Position numbers and translations under genes: made by a program
Part shown: positions 1 to 10,948 of the stretch, one piece after another
How the letters are laid out: each line of letters opens with the position of its first letter
Position numbering within the stretch: position 1 is the stretch's first letter
Assembly: GCA_025558095.1 (NCBI GenBank)
Contig: JAIVFI010000032.1
Span: 310,001 to 374,000, forward strand
Source: Hyaloraphidium curvatum SAG 235-1
Taxonomy: Eukaryota > Fungi > Monoblepharomycota
Direction of reading: 5' to 3'
Length of the DNA stretch: 64,000 bases
The notes under the pieces: generated by a model
Database searches by the model: none
Told to the model about the DNA's origin: nothing
What the model saw: the letters and a program-made list of their open reading frames with translations, nothing else

Positions 1-540
1 GTTCCGCGCCGTAACGGAAGCGGCGTGCGGGAGCCAGCGGTCAGAGCGAGTCCCTCAGGCGTTCCGCAATGCCGCGCACACAGAGGTCCGAGAAGCTCGC
101 GAGGGGAGACGTTTCGGAGGCTGCGATGAGCAATCGTGAGCCTCGAATTTATCTCATGGCGGGAATCGGCGGCCCAGACCGTGTGCGGCTCCGAAGCCGC
201 TCCGGGCGGCTTCAAACTCGGACTGCCCCGCTTCCCCGCCATCCCTATGCCACACGCAAACCGCATTATGTGAGCCCGCAACTAGCCGGCGATGTCAGAA
301 ATGTTTCTTCGGTAGCTGCCGCCGGATTAAGAGAGCGAATTCATGCACTCCCAGCCCTAAAGGCGCCGGGAGACGGAATAGACTCTTTTTTTTGGGATCT
401 GGTTGGGATCGGCCGTCGGTGAGCCGTTAGTCATTGCCGCTTGCTGCGGGAGGCAAGGAGTCCCGACTACAAAGCTTCCCGTGTCCGCTCCGCCGCAGCG
501 CACTTTCACCCAGTCTCCCGCACCTCAACGACTCGCAGCA

Positions 541-1446
541 ATGAGCGAAAAGGTCGACATCGTCTCCGGTCCTGCCGCTGCCCAAGCTGCGCATCGCATG
601 ACCGCCAAGGTTCGTGCAGGGCGGACCAACAGTCTTGTGCCCCTACGTCATGGCCACTTCCGTCTCTGATACGTGCCGCTGGTGACCTCCAGGACTTCGG
701 CGAGGTCACCCTTCGCGTGGACAGCGCCGCCGCCATCGGCACCCCGACTCCCGTCGGCCTGTTCGCCTTCGGCCTGACCTTGATCCAGCTTTCCTTCTTC
801 TATGCCGGCTTTGTCGAGCCTGCCTTCGGTGGCATCGTTTTCGCGTTCGCATTCGCTCTCGGCGGCATCGTTCTCCTGATGGTCGGACAATGTGGGTCCT
901 CCGAACCGCATAGCATACGATACTGACGGATGCTTCTCCAGGGGAGATGTACAAGAAGAACACTTTTGCTGCCACCGCATTCACCGTCTTCGGCGGCTTC
1001 TGGCTCGGTCTCGCCGTGTGGTTCCACGCCGGCCTAGCATGGCCCGCGGCCAACCCCGCCCTCACCAAAGGCTTCACGGCCTTCCTCTCCATCTGGGGCA
1101 TCTTCTCCTTTGTCCTGTTCCTGCTCACCCTTGTCACCAACTTTGCTCTGTGCTTCACCTTCTTCACTCTCGTGCGTCCCCCTACGCCCCGCACAGCTGC
1201 CGTGCCCCGCTGACCAGTGCGCTCCACCAATCGACTCAGACCCTCACGTTCTTCCTACTCGTTGGCGGGCAGTACACTCCTGGCGCGCTGACCGCCGGCG
1301 GCTACGTTGGCATCATCTGCTCCCTGGCTGCGATGTATACCGGAGCCGCCGTCCTGGCTGCCGAGATGCTGGGGAGGGAGGTGCTCCCCGTGGGTCCCAT
1401 GGCCGGCCTGTGGTCGCGCAAGGTGGATGAGGAGAAGATGGTGTGA
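541..1446 (+). CDS. GPR1/FUN34/YaaH (Ady2/SatP-like) acetate/carboxylate transporter, 4 exons
   Basis: Introns 610-692, 892-941 and 1172-1239 (all GT..AG) give a continuous protein with IGTPTPVGLFAFG (NPAPLGL-type motif), GQWEMYKKNTFAATAFTVFGGFW and GGYVGIICSLAAMYTG; about 6 hydrophobic helices. Confidence 0.9.
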
Positions 1447-1696
1447 TTCTTCCGCCCTCGGCCATGGAAGTCCTCGGGGAAACGGGCATGTTCGACGTCA
1501 AGAGTGCAAGATGTAACCAGCTTTGGAGAGTAGTCATAGAGTAGCCCTGCAATCGGAATAGCCTGCAACAAACCGCCTCCATTGTGGTCAAGGAACTACC
1601 TCCGTCGAGCTTGAACAATCCTATTTGAAGGGCGCGTTGGCGCGCACGCCCGCAACAACATAAGTCAACAAAGAACGACACTCAACGGCGACCGCG

Positions 1697-2914
1697 ATGT
1701 TCGTTACTACGATCCTCCAGATCCTCGTGCAATTGATCAGGTGCGCGTTCCGCGGCGGAGAGGCCGCATCGCGCCAGCTCGCGTCCCAGTGCTCACTCCG
1801 CCTCCCTGCCCTGTGCGCGACGTCGTGGCCTGCTTTGCCGCTGGCCCATGTCGCCACGATCCACCCTTGGGAACCTTTTCGCGCGCCTGCACCCAGCGTG
1901 CCCTTCGAGCTCGTGATTCTCCTCCTCGATGTCCTCGGGCTCGGCGCGAAGCGGCTAAGGCCCAAGAAGCCCAAGAGCATATTGATTACCGGCGCGACGT
2001 CGGGGATCGGCGAGAACCTCGCGATCCACTACGCCGCCTCGGGCGTCACGCTGGCGCTGACGGGCCGCAACCCCGAGGCCCTGGCGCGCGTGACGGCCGC
2101 GTGCGAGGGCAAGGGTGCCCGTGTGCTTTTCAAGCAAATCGACGTCTCGGACAAGGAGGGCATGGCGCGCTGGATCGCAGAAGTGGACGGCAAATCGCCT
2201 CTGGATCTGGTGGTGGCCAACGCTGGTGGGTTGCGTTCCCTCCCGTTATTGCGAGATTTCGGCTGATCACTGGACCAGGTGTTACTGAGGACACCGTTGG
2301 GCTCCGGTCGGACCTCGAGGCCGCCTCCTACGTCGTCTTCGACACAAACGTTAATGGCGTGTTCAATACCCTTTTCCCCGCGCTCCCGGGGATGCAGAAG
2401 CGGGGATCGGGGCAGCTCGTGATCATGTCATCTCTCGCGGGCTTCGGCGCGCTCTCTGGTGCCGCCGCGTACTCCGGGTCCAAGGCGGCGGTTAGGGTAT
2501 GGGGAGAGTCTCTGAGGCTCCAGCTCCAGAGGGACGGGATCTGCGTCAATGTCATTTGGTGGGCGGCATTCCGTGTGGCTTCGGGCGATTGTGGAAGCTG
2601 ATGAAGCCACCTACAGCCCCGGCTACGTGGAGTCCCCCATGGTCAAGGCCGCCACCTTCAACCCCACCTCGATTCCGATGGCGCAGGCTATCAAAGAGAT
2701 CGTTGCCGGGCTCGAGCGGAACGAGGCCGTCATCGCGTTCCCCGCCGTCTTGGCCGTGCAGACCTGGTTCATGGGCCTCCTGCCGGCCCAAGTCAAGGAC
2801 TGGATCGCGGCAAACAGGCTCGTGGCCCAGATCGGTTACTGGAAGAAGCGCAAGACGGGGTCGAAGGAGGCTAAGCAGGCAAAGGAGGCCAAGGAGGACA
2901 AGAAGGCGACCTAG
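1697..2914 (+). CDS. Membrane-anchored short-chain dehydrogenase/reductase (SDR)
   Basis: ILITGATSGIG Rossmann motif, VANAG, catalytic YSGSK and VNVICPGYV after splicing (introns 1741-1896, 2226-2278, 2559-2616). N-terminal hydrophobic anchor; C-terminal KKAT fits a di-lysine ER retrieval signal. Confidence 0.92.
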
Positions 2915-3016
2915 GCGCGGAGCCGTCCCGACCAGAGGTCTTGAAAATCTTGAAACACGGTGAATGTCATGAGCTTTGTTCGTGTGCCAAGCCTCGCCCG
3001 TCCGTCAAGCCGCCCT

Positions 3017-5075
3017 CTACATCTCCCCATCCCTCTTTTCCTTCCTGGGCGACCAGCCCGCTGGGCTCGCTGGCGCCGAACCCGATCCCGCCCTTCCCTC
3101 GATCACCAGCCTGTCCGGTTTCGCCGGGGACCGCCTTGCCGCCGGCGCGATCGCTGCGGCGATGCTCGCCGTGGCACCCACGGGCTTGCGGTCTTCCGCT
3201 CGGGGCTGGTCCCATGATCCCGCGCGGCGAAGCGGGGATTCCTCCCTCCGTAGCTGCGGCCGCACCGGCGAGGGGCTCCCGGCCCGATCGCGGTCTCGCT
3301 CGCGCTCGCGGCCAAAGGAGCCAGCGCGGAGGATCCCCGCGCGGTCGCGAACGGGGGATGAGGGTTCGGGAGAAGCGGTCATGGGCCTGTCCAGGTTTCG
3401 CCGAAGGTCGCGATCGGGGCTCGGATGCGGCCGTTCCCGCGGGTCGTACGACGCGCGATCGGGGCTCGGTGGAGGCCGCTCACGCGCGTCGTAAGACACC
3501 CGATCGGGGCTGGCGGAGGATGCCAACGACGTGCGGTGATCAGCGTCGCGGTCCGGGCTCGCACGAACATCGTAGGCCGGGTTGTGGTCCTGCGAAGGCC
3601 GGCGCTCTTCACGCTCCCTCCGCTGGGATTCTCGCTCGGGCGATCGCGGGGCGGGCTCATCCCTGCGCAGTTCGCCGGACCGCTCGCCCGACCGTTCACG
3701 CAGATCGGTCGAACCGGCCCTCCCCAGCCGCGGTCCCGCTTCGCGTTCGCGTCCCCAGAGGACGCCATCCTCGTCGTGCCCACCACGAGGATCGAAATCG
3801 AACGACCCCGCCCGCCTGTGCTCCACCGGATGCTCCCTCTCCCGCAAATCGAACGACCCCGCCCTCCGCGCCTCGCGGTCTCCCGGCCGCCTAGGCCCGG
3901 CGTCGAACGACTCCGCCCTCCGCACCTCCTTCTCCACGCCGTACCGCTCCCCGAGCCACTTCTTCAGCTCCCCGGTGCCCTTGGCTGCCGACCGCGCGAT
4001 ATCCTCTGGAGGCTCGCGGAAGCCGCGCCAGGGGAGCACGACGGTCTGCATTTTGTCGGCGCGGGCAAAAGCCGCGGGCAGGGCGGTGAGGCGGGTGGCC
4101 CACAGGTCCAGAAACTCCAGGCTGGGAAGGGAGGCGAGCGCGGGGGGGACGGAGGTGAGGGGGTTGTGCGCGAGGTCCAGACGGCGCAACGAAGGCAGCG
4201 ACAGCGACGTCGGGAGCGATTCCAGGCCGCAGTGGCGGGCCGAGAGTTCGACGAGGGTCTGGGGCAGAGGTGGGAGTCGGGTAAGCGGGGTGTAGGAAAG
4301 GTCAAGACGGTGCAGGGAGGGCGGAAGGGAGGAGGGTGCCGCGGGCATGTCGCACAGGAGGACGGTACGGAGGGCAGGATGCGCGGGCAGTTCCGGCCGG
4401 AGCGGGTTCGAGGACAGCACGAGGTGCGCGAGGTGCGGGGACGCGCGGATCAGCGCCGTCGGCGGTGCCGATAGCAGGTTCTTGAAGGCGTCCAGGTGGG
4501 CGAGGCGGGTGGGCCCGGGTGCCGCGGGCAGTGTTTCGAGGGCGTTCGCGCGCACGTCGAGGTATTCGAGCAGCGGGAGGCGCGCAAACAAGTCGTCGGG
4601 CAGCATGCGAAGGCGATTGAAGGCGAGATTGAGGCGGCGCAGGCCGGCCAGCTGCAGCAGTTCGGGCGGCACCGCGGGCAGCTGGTTCGCCTCGAGGTGC
4701 ACTGTGCGCGCGCCGCCCGAGTCCACCAGCGTGCGGCCGAGGACGTGCGACTTTTTGCCGTCTGCGGGAGGGGCGAACGGTATTCGGGGGTGTTTTAATC
4801 GCAGGAAACAGTATCAGCGGGTTCGACGGGGAGGAGCCGGCCAACCCACAGCTCAGGTCCAGCACCGCGCCGGCGTCCGTCCGCGGCAGCGAGCCGAACG
4901 AGCTCAGCGACGCCGAGTCGCCGTCGTCGGGGCGGCGCGGCGTCGGCGGGCGGCGGCGCGGCGGCGACGCGGCGGGCAACGGCGGCAGCGACGCCAGCCG
5001 CCGCTCCAGCCGCCCCACGTCGAGCACGTCGTCCGCCGCGAGGAGGTCGTCGAACGTGTCGTCGTCGGCGTCCAT
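3017..5075 (-). CDS. Leucine-rich repeat protein with long R/S/D/E-rich disordered C-terminal tail
   Basis: About 9 LxxLxLxxNxLxxLP repeats in ORF 3017..4726. The first exon (MDADDDTFDD, ATG at 5075 in GCCGCCATGG context) joins through one GT..AG intron at roughly 4762-4850. Confidence 0.8.
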
Positions 5076-5356
5076 GGCGGCGCCGCCGGTGGGGGATCCC
5101 CGGGGGGATTCGGGGGTTGTTGTCGCACCCACACGGCAGCTCCGGCTGGGCCGGCCCCGAATCCTCGTCCGACATCAACCCCAACCGCGAAAGAAGCCAG
5201 TTATCGAATGCCTACTTACGTGGATGGAATTCGCCAGGGTCTAGAACCGGCAGTTTTCGGCCAGATTTGGAACATCAAACATGTAGCACTAGCGATACGC
5301 GACTCGCAGTGCCCCGTCTAGTGGAAAGAACATGCACAATCACCCGTTCCATGCAA

Positions 5357-7396
5357 TCACGCCGCATCCCGCACCCGAGCCCGTCTGCTCCTGGCTTCTG
5401 CAATCGTTCCCGACACCAACGCCCTCAACCCGAGGTCGGGCGCGATGGCCTGCAGCGGTGCCATAGGCTCCACGTTCTCCTTGCCCCTTCCCGGCACCCG
5501 CTCCCTCGAGTCCTCCTTGCCCGTTTGCGCCGGCACCTCGGGAGCTCGTGGCCTCGGTTCGGTCCTCCGCCTTGGCACCTCGCCGTGGAGTCCGAGCACG
5601 CCTCGCGTCTCGGCGACGTTGAGGTTGTACCGCAACTTCTCGGCCTGCTCCTTCCACCGCACGGCTTCGGAGGCCAGGGTACGGACAAGGTCTGCGCGGG
5701 TGCGGTCGGGGAGGGAGGCAAAGGCGGCGCAGAGACCGTTCACGTCGCGGCGCGAGACGAAGCGAGAGACGTCCGAGGGATCAAAGGTCGGCTCGTCCAT
5801 CCAGTCGTCGCCGGCATCCACAGGAATTGGCAGTTCAGCACGGGCTGGCGTTGGCTCGGTAGAGGAGTCTTCAGGAGACGCCAGCTCGAGCTCGGCGGCC
5901 ATTGCGGGTTCTTCGAAGGCCAGCTCCTGCACGTTGGCGTCGACCATTGCAGCGGCAGAATGTTCGGCAGAGGTCGAAGCAGACTCCAGGTCGGCCACCT
6001 GCAGATCGGTGCACAGTCCGCCCGAAGCCTCGTCGTTGTCCGCCTGCTGGGTTCCTGACGCAACGCCGGCGTCCTGACTGGCAGACGGTGTGGCGGCTGG
6101 GAGGAGGCTTCGCAACTCGGCCAGCTCCTTCTCGAGCTCCTCGGTCCGGCTCCTCCGCGTCTCGAGCTCCCTGTCGAGCTCCTCGATCCGGCTCCTCTGC
6201 GACTCCACCATTACCCGCAGATCCTCCTCATCGTCTACTGCGACCGGCAGCTCCGGCGCCATTTTCAGCTGCCTCGCCTTGGTCCCGAACGCCAGCGTGC
6301 GCTGCGTGTCCCTCTGGTCGCGCAGGAACGGGCTCACGCACGCGACGATGCGCAGCTGCCCGCGCGTGAGCCCGGCCTCCAACAGCCTGGTCAGGGCGTG
6401 CCGCCGGTAGAGCACGAACCCGCCCTTGCGCCGCTCCTCGACGCACATGCCCAGGGCGAGCAGAGAACTATTGATTCGCGTGGCTTCGGCGAAGGCTTCC
6501 TGGTCCGCCGCGAGCGCAGGGGCCTCAGACCCGGCGAGGTCGACGAGGGTGACCAGGGAAATGCCGATCCGCACGCGGAAGATGAGGTGCGACCGTGAGG
6601 AGAGCGGGGATCTCTGGGTCGGGCGGGAGACGCGGAGGGCCGAGACCCGCGCGTGCAGCGCGGCAAAGTCCGCGGCCGACGCGGCCGATTCTCGGGTGAG
6701 GTTGGCAAGGAGCTGGTCGGCGGCTTCGGTGCCCATCATCTTGTGCGCGGAGGGGTCGGCGGAGAGGAGGTCGGCGAGCTTCTCCCCGTAGAGCTCCAGG
6801 GCGGTCACCTCCGCCTCACCCGCCGCACCGTCCCCAAAGACGGCCGTCCATAGGCCGGCAACGAACGACTCGGAGCTCGTGGTTTTCCCAGAGTTGGTCT
6901 GGCCGTACTTGATGACCGTCATGTCCTGGCCACTCTTGACGGCGCGGGAGGTTTCCGCGAGCAGCCATGCGGTCACGCGGTCCTGGACGTCCGGCCCGGG
7001 GCTGCCCGCGGGACCAGGTTCCGAGACGAACACAGCGTCGAAGGGGTACACCGCCTCGCCGGCCGTCTGCACCGCCGGCGAGCCGTCCGGCAATGCCACG
7101 ACCGAGAGGGGGAGCAGTTCGCCCTCTTCGCTGGAGACATCCCGCGTTAGACGAGGTCCTACTTCGCGCCACTGCGGGGAGCATTCCCACTCATTCTGAG
7201 GCCTCTGCTTGACGCAGACCTTCACGCCCTCGGGATCAGCGGGTGCTTGCCGCCGCCCGGGGGTGGCCGCTGTCCCGCGCGGCGTCGCGGCGGCCCGCGG
7301 CGTCTGCGGGCCGTGCCCGTGCCGGAATCGGAACGTCGGCGACCGAAAGGGTGTCTGCACGTTGAAATGCACGGATTTCCCCCGCGGCGTTGCCAT
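5357..7396 (-). CDS. Divergent kinesin (N-terminal motor, coiled coil, tail)
   Basis: VKVCVKQRP, YPFDAVF, P-loop YGQTNSGKT, ELYGEKLADLL, SSRSH, LVDLAGSE, INSSLLALG, LTRLL; coiled coil follows the motor. First plausible ATG at 7396. Confidence 0.9.
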   Translation of the reverse strand: MATPRGKSVHFNVQTPFRSPTFRFRHGHGPQTPRAAATPRGTAATPGRRQAPADPEGVKVCVKQRPQNEWECSPQWREVGPRLTRDVSSEEGELLPLSVVALPDGSPAVQTAGEAVYPFDAVFVSEPGPAGSPGPDVQDRVTAWLLAETSRAVKSGQDMTVIKYGQTNSGKTTSSESFVAGLWTAVFGDGAAGEAEVTALELYGEKLADLLSADPSAHKMMGTEAADQLLANLTRESAASAADFAALHARVSALRVSRPTQRSPLSSRSHLIFRVRIGISLVTLVDLAGSEAPALAADQEAFAEATRINSSLLALGMCVEERRKGGFVLYRRHALTRLLEAGLTRGQLRIVACVSPFLRDQRDTQRTLAFGTKARQLKMAPELPVAVDDEEDLRVMVESQRSRIEELDRELETRRSRTEELEKELAELRSLLPAATPSASQDAGVASGTQQADNDEASGGLCTDLQVADLESASTSAEHSAAAMVDANVQELAFEEPAMAAELELASPEDSSTEPTPARAELPIPVDAGDDWMDEPTFDPSDVSRFVSRRDVNGLCAAFASLPDRTRADLVRTLASEAVRWKEQAEKLRYNLNVAETRGVLGLHGEVPRRRTEPRPRAPEVPAQTGKEDSRERVPGRGKENVEPMAPLQAIAPDLGLRALVSGTIAEARSRRARVRDAA

Positions 7397-7562
7397 CCTC
7401 GGGAGTTTGATTTGGGGGCTGGCCGGCGCGCCCCCGGGCGCGCGCGGCGCGATCGACGCTCCGCCAGAACAACGCAAACAAGACACCGCCCGCACCGGCG
7501 ATGTGGAGCGATAGTCACGCGTGTTTGAACTAGAAAGGACGGCCTTGTCCCGGCGGACCACG

Positions 7563-9947
7563 ATGGGAGACAGCGGCGTGCACGTCTACCTGGCCCTCAG
7601 GTTTCATGTCAACTTCTACCATTCCTACCGAGGAGATTCGCTGGACGACAAGGGCATCGGGAAGGACATCCGCATTATCAGGAAGATTCTGGACACGCTC
7701 GACAAGCTCGAAGCGGAGGGCTTCCCCGTCCGCTGCGCCTGGGACATTGAGAACTACTATTCTCTCGAACTCTACATGCCCAAGCATGCTCCGGACATCA
7801 TCGAACGCATCAGAGCTCGCGTGGCGGCGGGAAAGGACGAGGTGGAGCCCATGAGCTACAACAATGGGCTCGCGACAGCGCACGATCTTGAGGAATTGAA
7901 GGCGGCCATCGGCGCGGCCATCTCCAACCCGGCCAAGTCTGGACTGAAGGACGTCTTTGGTACCATGGCCCCCATCCTGCGCCCGCAAGAGTGCTGCTGG
8001 AACTCCTCGCAGATCGTGCCCCTGACGGAGCTCGGGATCGAGGCCGTTTCGCTCTACTACAGCGCCATCCCCTTCAACGGCTTCGGCTCCTTCGTCCCCC
8101 CCTTGCCCCTGGAACAGCGGTACAACCCCATCCGCGTCGTTGATCCAGATACGGGGAAGGCGATGCGCCTGCTTCCGTGCTATAACCCGGGGGACGTCGT
8201 GGAACACAACGCTTCCCTGCGCGGCTGGCTCAAGTCCGTCCGGAAGGAGCAGATGCGCTCCAAGGCCCCCAAGGACCTGCTGCTGCTGCTGGATATGGAC
8301 GCGGACGATGATTTCTGGGAGGGATATCACGAGAGCATGCTCCCCGCCTTCCTCAAGCCCCTTGGCATCCTGCCCGCCTCGCTGCGCGGGCTGGGGCCCC
8401 TGGTCCGCAGCCTCAAAGGCTTGCCGTGGCTGCGATTTGCGCTGCCGGGCGAGTACCTCAAGGCGCACCCGGACGAGGGTGAGCTGTCGCTGGGGCAGGA
8501 CATCGCCGACGGCTCGTTCGACGGGTACTCAAGCTGGTCAGAAAAGGAAGACAACGCGAGGCTGTGGACGGTGATCCACGCTGCGAGGAAGACGGCGAGG
8601 CTGGCCAGGAGGCTGGCGGAGGATTCGGGGGCCGGGGTGCAGCCGGAACTCGCGCACGTGCTGGACGAGGCTCTCCGTCTCAGGCTGCTGGCGATGTCGA
8701 CGACGCATTTCGGCATGGCGTCGCCGGTGATGAACGCCGAAAGGCTGGTGGACGCCTTCCGGAGCGCCGAGGCGGCTCTCAAGGCTTCGGAAAGGGCGCT
8801 GGAGATGGGCAGGACGCAGGTGGCGGGCGCGGAGCCGCCCGAGAGCGTCTGGTTCTTTGACGACCGCATCGATGGGCTTCGGCTGGGCTCCGGTGCCATC
8901 GGCAGGGATGCTGCCGGGAAGCTGCGGCTGCTGAACCCCCCGAGTTCCAAATGCTTTGTGGCAGAAGGTACGGCACTGGTGCCTGCGGAGCCTCCAGTTG
9001 CTCCGGCCCCTGGCTCGACCGCCATCTCCAACGGGAGGATCTCGCTGGTCTATAGGGAAGGCGCGGGCGTGACCGCAACCCTCGACGGCAAGGAGATCTT
9101 TGCCGCGCCGCTGTCGCGGCCGTGGATCACCCACACCGACCGGACCAGGGTCGGCCGCGTGCTCAAGGTGGAGGTCGAGGCGGCGCCCGGGTTCAGGGAG
9201 CTCGTCCTGTCGGGCGAGATCGTGCTCCCGCGTTCCGGCGCCGGAGGGAGCGACACCGCGGCCAAGTGGACGCACCGGTACTGCCTTGCCGACGGCGTCC
9301 CGACCATCCGTGTGGACGTCTCGGTGGACTACCCCAAAACGGAGCGGCTGGGGTACGACAAGAAGCGCGCCTCGCGGCTCGCGAGGGACTGGGACGCCCG
9401 TTGGAGCGAGGTCGTGCCGTTCGAAATGGAGCCCGCGATCGGCGCCACCCCCGACCGCCCCGCCCGTGTTTGGAAGGAGGACTTCACCGGCCGCGTGTCG
9501 TCATACGAGCTCAACTACCACACCTTTGGGCCCAACCGCGAGCCGGACTCGCTCAACAACCAGATCACGGACGGGTGGGTCGCCGTATCGGGGCCCGCGG
9601 GCGGACTGCTGGTGGCGCAGTCGGACGAGGCCGAGGTGCTGTTTGCGTTCTGCCCCATGCGGGTGCGGATGGGGCGTGGGGGCCAGCGCGTTTTGCTCAA
9701 CCCGTTCGGCTCGTACAATGGCAAGCAGTGGAGGTATCCGACGGCGACGACGGGGCTGGGGAGGCTGGCGGCGTTGGCCGGGGCCGACAATTTGGATCCG
9801 TACGCGCCGTCATGGGAGGGCGGGAAGCTGCGCGCGGCGCTGTACCTTGTACCGTACGCTGGCGATCGGCCGCCGGATGCGGTGCGGAGGGACGCGCTGG
9901 TGTTTGCGTACACGCCGGCCGCGGCGCGGGAAGAGAAGAAGGGCTAG
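7563..9947 (+). CDS. GH57-like glycoside hydrolase (prokaryote-type, intronless)
   Basis: Single open frame of about 794 aa. N-terminal barrel motifs RFHVNFYHSY, EVEPMSYNNG, ILRPQE, LLDMDADD and AMSTTHFG occur in the order of the GH57 conserved regions; beta-rich C-terminal half; no signal peptide. Confidence 0.65.
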   Translation: MGDSGVHVYLALRFHVNFYHSYRGDSLDDKGIGKDIRIIRKILDTLDKLEAEGFPVRCAWDIENYYSLELYMPKHAPDIIERIRARVAAGKDEVEPMSYNNGLATAHDLEELKAAIGAAISNPAKSGLKDVFGTMAPILRPQECCWNSSQIVPLTELGIEAVSLYYSAIPFNGFGSFVPPLPLEQRYNPIRVVDPDTGKAMRLLPCYNPGDVVEHNASLRGWLKSVRKEQMRSKAPKDLLLLLDMDADDDFWEGYHESMLPAFLKPLGILPASLRGLGPLVRSLKGLPWLRFALPGEYLKAHPDEGELSLGQDIADGSFDGYSSWSEKEDNARLWTVIHAARKTARLARRLAEDSGAGVQPELAHVLDEALRLRLLAMSTTHFGMASPVMNAERLVDAFRSAEAALKASERALEMGRTQVAGAEPPESVWFFDDRIDGLRLGSGAIGRDAAGKLRLLNPPSSKCFVAEGTALVPAEPPVAPAPGSTAISNGRISLVYREGAGVTATLDGKEIFAAPLSRPWITHTDRTRVGRVLKVEVEAAPGFRELVLSGEIVLPRSGAGGSDTAAKWTHRYCLADGVPTIRVDVSVDYPKTERLGYDKKRASRLARDWDARWSEVVPFEMEPAIGATPDRPARVWKEDFTGRVSSYELNYHTFGPNREPDSLNNQITDGWVAVSGPAGGLLVAQSDEAEVLFAFCPMRVRMGRGGQRVLLNPFGSYNGKQWRYPTATTGLGRLAALAGADNLDPYAPSWEGGKLRAALYLVPYAGDRPPDAVRRDALVFAYTPAAAREEKKG

Positions 9948-10043
9948 TTATGGCTATTCGAACGGCTATGCATCCGTGGCCACCTCGCGCTCTAGCCCGC
10001 GGGGGTCGACACCAGTGGTGAGCAAGTGAGCGGAGCGAAGGTA

Positions 10044-10790
10044 TCACGCGGCCGCGCTGGACCGCGGCCCAGGGCCGCCACCGACGCGCCCCAGCAGCAC
10101 GCAGCCCCAGTCGAGGCCGCGCTCGCGGTCCGGGAACGGGTCACCATCCGCGATGGGCAGCGCCGCGGCCCACGCCGCGGCGTTTGCCGGGTCGGGGTCG
10201 GGGCCGGGGCCGGGGTCGTGGCGGCCCGGGAAGCCGGCGCACCGCAGCTCCAGCGCGCCAAAGTCCGCTGCCGGCAGACGCCACGCCTCGCGCACGGCGC
10301 ACCGCAGGTCCCAGCCCGAGCGGCAGCGGCGAACGGGGACGGCCCGTGCCGAGCCGGCCAGTGCGACGACCACGGCCGGGCCAGGGCCGGGCGCGGTGGC
10401 CGGGGCGGCGGGGGCGTCGCCGCCGACACCGACGGCGACACCGACGGCGACCCCGACACGGCCGATGCCGCGCCCTGCCGGGCCGAGCACGGCCCACTCG
10501 GGCGTGCGGCCGACAAGAAACGATCCCGCGAGCGCTCGACCGTCCACATCGCGCGGCAGCCGCGCCGCCGCCGCCCACACCGAGTCGGCCGCCGCGTCGC
10601 CCGGCCGCAACGGCCCGCAGTTGCGCAGCTCCAGCTCGGCCGCGCCGCCGCGCATGCCAAAAGCCGCGGCCGCTGCCGCCGCAACCGCCGCCGCGCCGCG
10701 CACGCCCGCCAGCGGCACCGCCTCCCACCGCGCGCGCAGCTCGGGCACGCTGACAAACGCCGGGGCGGTCGCGTCGGCCGCCGCGTCCAT
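10044..10790 (-). CDS. Hypothetical protein with two internally similar (possibly ubiquitin-like) units
   Basis: Open frame from ATG 10790 with Ala/Gly/Val-rich, protein-like composition. Units AVPLAGVRG...AELELRNCG and AVPVRRCRSG...ALELRCAG are separated by a Pro/Ala linker. Confidence 0.5.
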   Translation of the reverse strand: MDAAADATAPAFVSVPELRARWEAVPLAGVRGAAAVAAAAAAAFGMRGGAAELELRNCGPLRPGDAAADSVWAAAARLPRDVDGRALAGSFLVGRTPEWAVLGPAGRGIGRVGVAVGVAVGVGGDAPAAPATAPGPGPAVVVALAGSARAVPVRRCRSGWDLRCAVREAWRLPAADFGALELRCAGFPGRHDPGPGPDPDPANAAAWAAALPIADGDPFPDRERGLDWGCVLLGRVGGGPGPRSSAAA

Positions 10791-10948
10791 CCTCTCTCGT
10801 ATTCTGAGGGCGGAGTGAGTAGTACGTGATCGAGCATTATTTACTCGGAAAAATGGAAAGAGGCCCACGCGCGTTAGATCTGTCATACATTGAGAGAGCG
10901 GCTTGGTTCCCAATAGAGACCACCGAAGAGATCACATCAGCCATCTTT

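Noticed and set aside
7521-7561. Overlap between kinesin and GH57-like ORFs
   Set aside because: Arises only from upstream extensions in the ORF track; the plausible ATGs (7396 and 7563) do not overlap.
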